Origin: Tubulanus polymorphus
Lineage: Eukaryota > Animalia > Nemertea
Direction of reading: 5' to 3'
Assembly: GCF_964204645.1 (NCBI RefSeq)
Contig: NC_134031.1
Span: 18,607,910-18,671,909 of the forward strand
Length of the DNA stretch: 64,000 nucleotides
Every line of letters starts with the position of its first letter. Position 1 is the stretch's first letter. The translations under genes and the position numbers were made by a program. Below, one piece after another: positions 8,997 through 20,557 of this stretch. The notes beneath the pieces are model-generated. The model was given only the letters and a program-made list of their open reading frames with translations. It had not been told where the DNA came from and did no database searches.

Positions 8997-11900
8997 ATGT
9001 CGAATGGAAATGCGAATTGTAGCTCGAATGATATGTCTTTATTGCGGAAAGGCAATAGTAACCGCGTGAATGCATTTCAGAATAGCCCCAGACCGATTCT
9101 AATCGGGGTCGGAGGAGGAACAGCGTCTGGGAAGGTACACAGTACCAGAAAACCATCAATTCAATACAATGCCAATCAACTATATTCATACAATAATACA
9201 AAATTAGCACCAATTAAGATAGTCCCACTCACCCCGAAACCTTTCCGTAATAACTGATTATGAGGTCTAAATCCCAGTTTCACAGAGAGTCAAGGCATAA
9301 GTCAAATGTTGGTCTTTTTGACACTACTCTACTGATTCTTTCTAGTGAAAGGGTTTTTATGTCAGTTATCCTAACCTACTGCTACTTCAATTTAGAAATT
9401 TTTATATATAGATAATAAAAGAAACATACTTCTTATCACTTAAAACTCCATTAAAACAGGATGAAAATAATATGAAATGTTATAAACGTAAGAAATGATA
9501 TGGATATTTTGCCAATATTGTATTATTCATTGCCAATATCATTCATCATTGGCATAATATCCACTTTATAGATATAATGTGACTTCATCGTAAAGATAGG
9601 ATATTTTTCTGTTTATTCATAGAGTTCAGTTTGCAAGAAGATCGTTGAACAGCTTGGTCAGTTAGACGTGGCTGATGAGATGAGACGTGTTGCTGTTATA
9701 AGTCAGGATAATTTCTACCGCACGTTGAATGAAGAGGACAGTAAACTGGCGGAGAAAGGACAATTCAATTTCGATCACCCCGGTAATTATATATCATTGA
9801 TGCTCCGCTCAATTCGGTACCATTTGGGGCTGTAAACATTTTTCCGACTTTGTAGACTCCGCTCATGTCAGACCTTCTGACTTGAGAGTCTGAGTTGGAT
9901 GGTACAGTAAACTCCACTTAAGTCAGATCTTTTGACTTGAGAGGGATATCTGAGTTGGATGGTACTGTAGACTCCGCTCGAGTCAAACCTTTTGACTTGA
10001 GAGTGATATCTGAGTTGGATGGTACAGTAAACTCCACTTAAGTCAGATCTTTTGACTTGAGAGTGATATCTGAGTTGGATGGTACTGTAGACTCCGCTCG
10101 AGTCAAACCTTTTGACTTGAGAGTGATATTTGAGTTCGCTGGTACAGTCGACTCAAATGTTAAGTACCGGTATGATCTTAACTGTGGAACCGAGTCCTGT
10201 ACTGAATTTTCATGGCATGAATTCGTGCGCATGAAGTAATTTTCATAAAAAATTCTTTTTTTTTCGTCCACAGATGCATTTGATTTTGAAGAAATGATCG
10301 AGACTATACGAAAAGTGAAAAATTTGACACCGAAATTAGAAATTCCGATTTATGACCACGCGCGCAATTGTCAGTAAGTATCAGAGCTGTATAAAGAAGT
10401 ATTTAACTGTTTGTTCATAAATTGAACTTTGATTCTGTTCTAAAAATACTGAAATTTCAATTGAAGATATGATTAAGATATGAAATTCATTTGGCCGAAG
10501 TCGGATATCAGTTAAAATAGTGCACAACAATGTGTCCTCAAGCTTACCATATCCTAAGAGACCATTCACAAAGTATTTGTACCAGGGGTCGGTTGGTTGC
10601 TCAAAAGTTGGTTAAAAAGATAACCAGCAGATAAACAAGAGACTTGTAAATGTCACTATGTCAACTATTCACTGGTTAACTCGGACCCCGTTTTGAGCAG
10701 CTGCAGCCCCTCAATTAGCATTATGTCCATAGGTCGAGTTTTTATCCCTATATCATCTATATTCAGTGGTTGCTGTTTGTATCTTCATGATTTTTTGCAT
10801 ACTGATAGCCATCTGCATGAACCAGTGAAATGGGAGGAAATAAACCAGAAAACTTATTTCAGCCATCTGCAGCAATAGTGACGCAAGAGATCGCATACCG
10901 CATAACATTCTAAAACATTCTTCTAAATTGAAGGCCAATGAGTCACAAAAGTTTGTTCTGGGCTAAAACATGGAGTTATCACGCGTTTTTCGCTAGTAAA
11001 ACATGTACATATTGTACAAACATTATTTTCACCTTATTTCTGACTCTGGTCATTAATCTTTAATTTTTAATCTTTCGTCAATTCTCAAAAATTAAAGATG
11101 TTCTATTTTTGTTTGTTTTCAGGAAGGAGGATGAATTGTTGACTATTTACCCATCTCAATTGGATGTTGTTTTATTCGAAGGTATTTTAGTGTTTTACGA
11201 CAAGGAATTGCGTGATTTATACAACATGAAACTTTTTGTCGATACGGATCCAGATACTCGACTCTCTAGACGAGGTATGTCACTCAGTAGTATTTGGCTT
11301 TTTGCCATTCAATCAGTAAAAAATGAATTCCTATCCAAAACTGCACTCAAAATCTAAAAATACAATTTGAAGTCTGTTAGGATTTCTTCAAGATGAAACT
11401 GAGTTTTATAGGTGAGGGGGCAAATTTATCTGTGGGAACATTTTGAAATTTGTCGGTTTTTAGCGTTGGTTTCTCATCGATACTCGGTCTATGAAACCAG
11501 CCGCGCTTTATCTGAAAAAATTAATTTGCAGTAAATTCTGTAAAATATCTTCAAAAGTTACCAAAAATCTACATCAAGATAAAATGCTCGCAATAAAGCT
11601 TCTTGATTAGTGGATTCATCCAGGTTTTATCTACAGACAGGAATGTACCGTACTTAAAATAAACTTCAACTATTGTTATATTTATGTACTCGTACAAACT
11701 TTTCTAAAAATCAATAACAAATCGCGTCGTGGAAATTTCCACTAATGCCGGACAGCACCGTGGCGGCCTTCGATGGTATTTGTACTTTGAATTCATTGGT
11801 TGTATTTATGTTTTGAATCGATCATCTGTCCGACTTGGACTTTCATCTATTTACACGCAAAGATAATAATAACAAAAACCCTCACTTCACACTGATCTAA

Positions 11901-13098
11901 TAGCGTACAGACATTTTGACCTAATGATTGATTTCAGAAATATTTCAAGCTAGAATTTATCTCTCGCTCATCGATTTGTTCTTTCCAAATAGAATTCATA
12001 CCCATTTATACAAATTAAAAACATTAAAAACGAAATTTATTTTTCGAAAGTTGAAATAAAGAATTGAAAGATGCAATATTTCAGACTCTCTCTAGAGACC
12101 GTCATCATTGCTTGTTTTTAATGATCTTAGTTTTTGTATAGTTGGTCTTAATTCTTTAAACACATTCAAGTGTAGCTATTTTCAACTATTTTTCTCTTGA
12201 TTTCGTGGTGTTAAATTCCATGTAGTTGTACATTGTATTGTTTCAGTGTTACGGGATATGAATGAGTATCAACGCGATTTAGAGCAAATTCTCAATCAAT
12301 ACACGACGTTCGTCAAACCGGCTTTCGAAGAATTCTGCCTACCGGTTAGTGTCATTTTATTCCTGATGATGGCGCCTGTGTGAACTTAACTCAGCGTTTT
12401 ACCTCCTGGGGCTGCAGTTGCTCAAAAGTTGGTCAGAGTTAACCAGTGGATAGTTAACATAGTGACAATTAAAAGTTTATTGTTACTATGGTCTTTATCC
12501 AGCGGTTATCTTTAACCAACTGATGAGAAACCAGCCCCTGATCTTTTTCTTTCTGTTAAATGAATATTCAAGGTTGAGTTCTGTAGACTATTTCTAACTT
12601 TAAACGCGAGCCCAGTCGCACAGTCAGGACTTAAGTCCGAAAGTGGTCTTAAACCAAATGACTTGCATTAAGTTAACTTAAGCGAGCTTAGACTGATCTT
12701 GAATCTAAGTATTGACTGATCCCTGACTGGGTTTAACTCAGCTATTAGTCCCAGTCCCAGCCTTGAGACCGTCGTGGTTCTTGCATCCTCTATCTTTTCA
12801 CATCTTTTAACAAGTAGCGTTTATTTCTTTCAGTCAAAGAAATACGCTGATGTGATCATTCCACGAGGTGCTGATAATAACGGTAAATATCTCTGACATT
12901 TTTCAATTCTAGTTCAGTCGAAGTCCGTTACAACTGTCACTGAACAGTATTTTGTGGGTTGTCTATTTTTCAGTTGCTATTGATTTAATCGTGCAGCACA
13001 TTCAGGATGTTTTACGTCCATCTCAACGGAAACAGTCGACGGTAAAAAGAGTTCGTCAAATATCGGAGACCGGGAGTGGCATCAATCGACCTCATTAG
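8997..13098 (+). CDS. UCK2: Uridine-cytidine kinase (UCK1/2 family), 273 aa
   Basis: Exons 8997-9134, 9623-9782, 10274-10373, 11123-11274, 12247-12344, 12834-12882 and 12974-13098. Motifs: P-loop [80 protein letters not shown] and C-terminal RPH. Confidence 0.97.
9871..10160. repeat. 60-bp tandem repeat with two alternating variants (120-bp higher-order period), UCK intron 2
   Basis: TTTGACTTGAGAGTGATATCTGAGTTGGATGGTAC is followed alternately by AGTAAACTCCACTTAAGTCAGATCT or TGTAGACTCCGCTCGAGTCAAACCT. Confidence 0.9.
12409..12537. mobile_element. Harbinger-like MITE family A with CTG TSD
   Basis: ctg-GGGCTGCAGTTGCTCAAAAGTTGG...CCAACTGATGAGAAACCAGCCC-ctg. Confidence 0.8.
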
Positions 13099-14369
13099 CA
13101 TCATCATCATCAGCAGCAGCTGCAGGTTTTATCTGAAAATACCGCGTTCAAATCCGTTTTTAATCTCGCAGCGATTGGAGATGAAAATGGATCCGATTGA
13201 TATTCTCCACTGTTGTAGAGGCTTGACAGAAGATTCATGAGTTCTCATATGAGACTTCTGCTGTAACAGTGCCTCATTTATCGTCGATGGGCACTTGATG
13301 TTAAAAATCAGGTGCAATGTTGTCAAAATATTCTTTATAATAAAACAATGGCACAATTTTGTTGAACATTCTAGAAAATGGTATTTTTCCTGACACAAAA
13401 GGGCAGCACCACTGCCCTTCTCTGAATAACTTACCCATATTTAGTTCGGATCATGCCTCTGGAGCCACCCTCCCCTGGAGCTACCTTTGTGAGAGAGATT
13501 GATCGGTTTCATATCTTAAACTAAAATCTCGAATTTGACATTTGTAATTGCGATTTTGGGGTAAAATAATGCCCAGATGATGGTTTTAACTGATGTTATA
13601 GATGGGTGTTTGATCTAATGTAGAAGGTCTCCAATGAGTCTGATGATATTTTTGTATGTAACATATTTGTATGAAATATTGTATAGTTCTGTAAAAAAAT
13701 TATCATTGTAAAATGGTCAATGTTCAAGAAATCAAACTCAGCGGCTCGAATTGATATTTTAGAGTCTTCCAGCAATGATATTTCTCTGAGAAATATAAAA
13801 AGGAAATTTGCTGTCAATTCATCAATCAAGCTGATTAATTAATACATGTTATATTGGGGGGGAGAGATGAGAATAAGGTTTTTTGGGGGGGGGATATAGA
13901 TAAGGACATCCTGGTAGCTAATTCGGGCCCGAATCGCCCGTTGGGAAATTTAAAAATCCTGGCGATGGGTCTGGTAAATGGGGAGCATGTGTTTTAATGA
14001 TGATGGCTTTAATATCTGTATATCAATATGTGTTTCTTCATTTTGAAGATCGACACAGTTCTGTTCTGTTTCCTCTGAATTCGAATGACTGAGAGAGAAA
14101 TGTCAGTTTAAAATATTCAAATGTTTTCTGTGCTTTAGTGAAATATTGTTTGAGTTGATCGTGAATATTGTGTCAATTCAGGGAACAATTTTGTGTCTAA
14201 AACCAAATAAATCTTAGCATTTTCTGATGACATGAAATGATTTGTATCTATATAGTGTTTTTAGTATATATAGTATATACGCCTACATGTATTTTAATTG
14301 TAGTGGCTCATCCAGGATCCAGTTGCACCATTCTGTGTTACGTCTCATTTTGTTCTTTTTCAACTACTG

Positions 14370-14507
14370 GGGCCAGTTGCACAGTCGTGACTTAAGTCAA
14401 AAAGTGGTCTTAAATCTTAAGACCAGTCTTAAGTTCTTAGATTGGCTATAGAACTAAGTTGGTCTTAGACTGATCTTAAGTCTAAGTCATGACTATGCAA
14501 CCGGCCC
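14370..14507. mobile_element. Harbinger-like MITE family B with CTG TSD
   Basis: ctg-GGGCCAGTTGCACAGTCGTGACTTA...TAAGTCATGACTATGCAACCGGCCC-ctg. Relatives lie at about 12610, 38583, 39856, 44295 and 45810-46030. Confidence 0.8.
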
Positions 14508-16387
14508 CTGTACTTTACATTCTGTAGAGTGGAACTGGGTCCCAGTGTTAAGAAACTAAAAAAAGGCCCATGTTACGAGTTAAGACTGACTGTTAAGATT
14601 GTCTAGTACACCAAAATGACTGGTGTTAAATCTAAGCCTTGACCCATGGAATGGAGGTTGCTATCCTGGGTTAGAGTGGTGTACGATGTTTGCATAATGT
14701 TAGTCATTATTAAATGTAAATATAATTAACTTAATAATAAAATGTTGATTCGTTATTTATTTATTTTTATCTTCACTTCGAAGCAGCTCTTCTAGTTCTA
14801 TTTCTAGAAGTGCGCGGTGCACGACCAAAATATGACATCCACGCGGCAGTTTTATAGACTGGTTATATCTCAAACCAAACCCATGAGATAACTCAATCGA
14901 AAATGAATTGAGGTTAGCAGCCTCGGGTCAAATTTAATACCAAACTTCAAAATCGGACGCAGGGCCACGAAGAGAGAAAAAGAGTTAAATTGAATGGAGA
15001 AGTTTTCCTCGACAGATCCATTGAGCCGATGTTTTACGAACTCAATTTGATGTCTGACTGATATATTTACGGCGAACCATAATGCAGCCCTGTTTTATGG
15101 CCTGTTATTTTCGTTAACCCGGGGGTTAAGTTAGCCTCCGGGTAAAAGTTAATACTAGTCTATAAAACCGCTGGTTTACAACAGTGAATCATCATTTTCT
15201 AGTTGTCCACAGTTCGGTATCACTGGTAGGTGTGAGACGACGAACAAACCTTTCACAGATCGCTCATGCACAATCTATAGAATGACCAAATTGGTCAGTT
15301 TTGGATTGTTCTGGTGTGAAACCAGTTGTGGCACGTACGACAAAATGTCCCGTCATAGTAACATGGCGGCTTTTTGGGCTCCGGGTCTGGACTGTTCGGT
15401 ACACGCAAACATTTCGATGAAACAGTACCGCTTTTCCTGGACACGGTGTGAATGGCATTTATATAGGGCATCAACTCATCAGAATAATCAACCAGAAAAG
15501 GGAACAACGGCCAACAAACTAACTACAAAAACTCAGTTTGCTACTGACTCGAGATTGAACCTGGAGACCCGGGCACGAATGCTATACATCAGATCGCGTA
15601 CCCAAGTATGAAGTGTTAATTACCTAACGACCGCGATCTCAATTCGATCAAGTTGGACTGAGATATGTGTCGCACATGAATCTCTATTTTCCGCAAACCC
15701 AATGAGATCGAGTGTGATGACAATATCAGCTTGGATTCATGAACATAAACAGCGATGATGATCATTATAGTTGTCAACGCTGGGTCTAATGTAGCTCAGT
15801 AATTCATGTCATGAATTTGTCATCACAATGTTTTATATTGATGTATTCACCGAGTTATTGTTATACGATCATTTATTGTCTTGTCTCGCGACACAATTTC
15901 TCGCTAATGATGATTAAGGGAAGCTGTAAATCAGGCGAATACTCACCACATTGACAGCTCATCAAAAATATCCCAGGTCAATCCTGACACGGTGACGTAT
16001 GGATATGCCGGGACACTTTTTAAACGTTTTGGGGATTTAATAAAAAGTGACACCGTGTTGTGGTTCATTTTTAGTGAAAAAATATCTCGCATGAAGTTCT
16101 GAACATGTAGACGATAACGTTTTGAAAGTTTCTTAAATGTTTTATGTCTGGTGTTTGTGGTTCACTCCGAGAAGTCGTGAACTGGTGTGGCAGGATCCAC
16201 TGTGACTGGAAATGTGCTGATGAAGGAATGCCTAATTTCTGGTGTTTGTGGTTCATGTTCCAGGGTTGCATGGTCCAGATTCACCCAGTTCTGGGGTTGC
16301 ATGGTTTCGTAAGGCAACACTCGCACGCTTAAACTACATGTAGCTACTAGTGGTCCAGGGCAGACAGCAAAGCCGTAACTTAACGCA

Positions 16388-16601
16388 ATACCTCCTACAC
16401 CCTAAAGTGCTGCCGCTATACTCATCGTTAGCGGACTTTTCATACACTAATATGAACTTACCCTGGCAATAGACCAGCAATGGGAATAGCGGCAGCACCA
16501 TACGGTATTAGGAGGTTATATGTTTGGTTGCCAGTGTTGGCTCGCGTTAGTGTGTAAAAATTCCGCGAACGATGAGTACAGCGGCAGCACCATACGGTGT
16601 A
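16388..16601. repeat. Nested inverted repeat (foldback/MITE derivative)
   Basis: 16407-16457 is complementary to 16540-16590. 16390-16418 is also complementary to 16487-16516. Confidence 0.7.
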
Positions 16602-17789
16602 TTGATGGCCCGACCAAAGCCCCGCGACCTCATTGAACCAGGCTCGAGCCTTTTTTTTGGCACAGTCGACTCCTCGGGCCATGCTCCATTACGATGGTCT
16701 AACTGGAATCCGTGAATTGGGACCAAAGGTTTGTGTTGTTGTCCGAAGAATTGCGATAATTCGAGTTTCATTTTCTCTTACAATGGTTCCTCGTGTTCGA
16801 GAGTCGAGATCGATTCGACTTGAAGCATTCGAGTTATTAGGAGTCCACTGTGTTTACTTTTTGCACTCTATAAGGGTCGTTTTTTGTTAGTACGAGTCTA
16901 CCAGCTAATTACAGCGCCAAAAGAACCGAGGGTGAGGTCTTCACTGACCAGTATTCATTCTGCATGGGTTTTTTTCCAGTACACCGACCTGTCGTTATAG
17001 TCATCATAGATACTTCCTTAGTTTATCGGTAATCGATAAACGTCATTTTCAGAAGTGTCAAGTATGTTCTTTTTGATGTAAGGGATGGACTAAAAACGTT
17101 GCTTCGCCAGAAAGGAAATACGCCGGTACCTGACTTAAAATGTCAGCGTGAAAATGCAGTCATCGGGAAACACGCAGATACCTAATGATGCTTGGTGTAC
17201 GTGCTGCATGTGTAGATGTTACTCCTAGTTTTCAACTGAAATTCTTTGAGAAAAACACGACCCGCATAATTTGTTGAAATAATCAACATAATTTATTTAT
17301 GCATCTATTATCAATAGGGATACGTGCAATACATGTATAAATACATAGATAATGAAGTATGATGTGTGTCCCAATGGTGGACTTACAAGTCAATCTACAT
17401 GCAAACAGAGACACTCATTTCATATTTACTCATGCGACTTATAGCTATTTTTTTTACAAATAAAATATCAGTATATAAAATAAGTGAATCATACATTATA
17501 AATGCCTGTAGTGGATAAATTCAGCCAAAATTCGGCCATCTAAAAATGCCAGTTAAAATTGTCAATACAGCTAAAATATCGTTTTCGCATTAGAAGTTGT
17601 ACTTGTAAGAAGTATTTTATGGTTGAGATGCATCATGCTCCCCGAGACGTTGAGTCAATTAGGATCCAAGTCATCAGCGTTAACACTATCTGAAAGTATA
17701 GATCAAAAACGAAAGGTTATAATGTGACAATTTATCATGTGAACTCATGTCCTGCATGGATGATGCAACATGGAACCTTTGAAGTCGAA

Positions 17790-18240
17790 TGGAAGAGAGA
17801 AGGGAGAATAGGAGAGAGGGTGGAAGAGGGAGGGAGGGTGGAAGAGGGAGGGAGGGTGGGAGCAACAGAAAGAGGAGGTGGGAGAGGCAAGGGGAAAGAG
17901 GGAGGGAGAGAGGGTCAGAGAGAGGGAGAGTGGGAGAGAGGGTGGAAGAGAGGGTCAGAGAGAGGGAGGGTGGGAGAGTGGGTCAGAGAGAGGGCCAGAG
18001 AGAGGGAGGGTGGGAGAGAGGGTCAGAGAGAGGGCCAGAGAGAGGGAGGGTGGGAGAGAGGGAGGGTGGGAGAGAGGGCCAGAGAGAGGGAGGGTGGGAG
18101 AGAGGGTCAGAGAGAGGGCCAGAGAGAGGGAGGGTGGGAGAGAGGGTCAGAGGGAGGGCCGGAGAGAGGGCCGAGAGAAGGAGAGTGGGAGGGAGGGTGG
18201 GAGAGAGGGTGGTAGGGAACGAGATGAAGGGGAGAGATAT
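17790..18240. repeat. Polypurine (GA-rich) degenerate minisatellite
   Basis: Repeats of GAGAGAGGGAGGGTGG and GAGAGAGGG(T/C)CA. The G/E/R-rich ORFs here are spurious. Confidence 0.95.
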
Positions 18241-19910
18241 AGGGCACTGGCAAGTATAACTGTGGTCTGACACTGAAAAAAGGCCAAGTACCACACTACT
18301 ATGCGCTGACCACTGCTCTTTATCATCATGAAATATCATAGTTACACGAAGCCTTGCATTATTGAATTATAAATTGAATATTGAGATGGAGAGTTCCTCT
18401 ACTGTACGACAAGTGAAACCCCAACAAACACTCACCACAGAGTACTTAATGATTTTCAATTTCCCCCTAATCAAACTTTCATCTGGTTTCACAATGATTA
18501 ATATTTAGTCTTAGATGTGATGGGAAATGTAGCAAGTTTCAATAATTATTGATTACTGGGTGAATAAAATTGCAAATGAGTTAAATCAGAAACTAAGTCA
18601 TGAGAAACCAACCACACATGAAATAAGGTTTAAAGTCGGAGACCTAATTGTATTTAGAATCAAAATGAACTTTACTAGTTTTTAGTCTTACCTTTACTCG
18701 ATTGGCTATTGAAACAAAATAAGCTCAAACTGTTAGATTGGTTATAGAAATAAATTGATCTTAGGCTAGTTTCAAGTTGTTACATTTGATACAGCAGCAA
18801 AACGAGCTTTGAGTGGTTTTCGATCTAATAAGTTGTCATCTCTAAGACATGAATATCAGTTCACAAGATTATAATCCATTACTAGTCGATACAACATTGC
18901 TATATTACAGCGCTAGTTATTAATCTGTCAGACATGAATAACCTTGACTTATCTTGCCTTTATTAAGAACTGCTCATAGGCTTTGTTTTTAGTATTATGT
19001 TGATACATTGAAGCAAACAATGATAATATTGGCTGAATGTTGGTATATGTTCCTTAGAGCTAAACTGATATAGGAACCACTGAAGTAGGAGAACAGAATC
19101 CAGAGTAAATTAATTAGAATTGAGGCATAACGTAAAAACAATTCCAGAACCCAGTTTCCTTTAGAGTGGCCAATCCAAGTTACCCCTGGGGGATCAACCT
19201 GGATGACAACCACCATAGTAATAATGAGAAACCATAGCCGCGATTACACACACTCGATTTTGAAATGTATCCTGCCCCCCCCCTCTCCCACACGTCATCT
19301 ATGAAACTTGGCGCAGGTATTTTTCTGATATCTCAACGTTAACTGCTAGCTAGAAAATATTTGCCAATATTTGTTTGGTGTAGGGGGTTAAAATGGTATG
19401 TAAACGTATCAAGTAAATTTATACAGACTAAATTCAACTCGCATAATTCAACAACAACATTCCGCGATAAAAATGATAATGAGGACTAAAAAAAAGACAT
19501 CAAACAAAGATATCGACGTTTAGACATAAAACTGATGTGTAATTTGTGTGCGACGTGCGGCGCGTGCCGGCGATTATAACTGAAATCATTTCCAACATAC
19601 AGGAAAATCGAATCAACCAAACATATCCCGAGACTGAATCATTAGAACACAGATCAAAGACTTCTGCGATTGGACAACATATCGCAATATGTCACACTTA
19701 CCTATCAGGAATTCAGTGACAACAATTTCAAAATTCGAGGCAAAGGTTCTTCTGATCTCAATTTTAAAATTAGGGATCATTGAATCAACAATTATTCCTA
19801 AGCGGCTCATCCTTTATCTTAAAATATATCTAAATAACTAGCGAATGGCTTGTAATTAGCTCAGAATTTATCACTTGTAACTCTAACAACTTCTGTTGTA
19901 TATAAATCAG

Positions 19911-20037
19911 GGGCCGGTTGCTCAAAAGTTGGTTAGAGTTAACCAGTGGATAGTTGATATGGTGACAATTGAAATTTCATTGTTACTATGGTATTTAACG
20001 GCCGGTTATCTTTAACCAACTTTTGAGCAACTGGCCC
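19911..20037. mobile_element. Harbinger-like MITE family A, near-consensus copy
   Basis: GGGCCGGTTGCTCAAAAGTTGGTTAGAG...CTTTAACCAACTTTTGAGCAACTGGCCC. Confidence 0.85.
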
Positions 20038-20229
20038 CTGAAGTTTTACTTGTATATATTACACCTGATGAGGGGATATAACTTTGTGTAAATAAACTGT
20101 TATTTCTAATTAGAAAATGAGGTTTTTATTGTTATCGCTTTTATGGATATTTGAATCATTATCAGTTTGTGGAGTATGAAAATAATACAAACGTTCATCT
20201 AAGTAAGATTGAACAGAACAGCGTCTCAA

Positions 20230-20557
20230 TCCCATCTCCATCTCCCCTCTCACTATCTCTATCTCTCAACCTCTCTTTCCATCTCCTCTCGTCCGACCCG
20301 CTCTGCTTTTCATCCCACTCCCCCTCTCCACTTTCTCCTCCCTCTCCACTTCCCCTCTCCCTCCCCATCTCTCTCACTCACAGTGACATTGTCACTGCAG
20401 CTGTCACTAGCGATCGAGCGTTTCATCAAAGTGAACACAAGTGCTATCATTAATCGGGAATAATCAAGACGAAACTTCAATCATCCGATAACACGTGAAC
20501 GACACACAGGGGTAAGTTAACAAACAACTCTTTTACAGATAAAGCCAGAAATACAGG
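20230..20557 (+). promoter_or_regulatory. CT-rich tract followed by candidate non-coding 5' exon(s) of the GPCR
   Basis: Pyrimidine tract 20230-20378, then donors GG|GTAAGT (~20512) and CAG|GTAAAG (~20557). The GPCR coding exon has an acceptor at 28789, so it needs an upstream exon. The link to these donors is inferred. Confidence 0.35.

Noticed and set aside
16060-16340. Possible LINE 3' remnant on the minus strand
   Set aside because: Only vague similarity (…TFKKLSK…), too degenerate to support.
17724-18339. G/E/R-rich and P/S/L-rich ORFs
   Set aside because: Artefacts of the GA-rich minisatellite.
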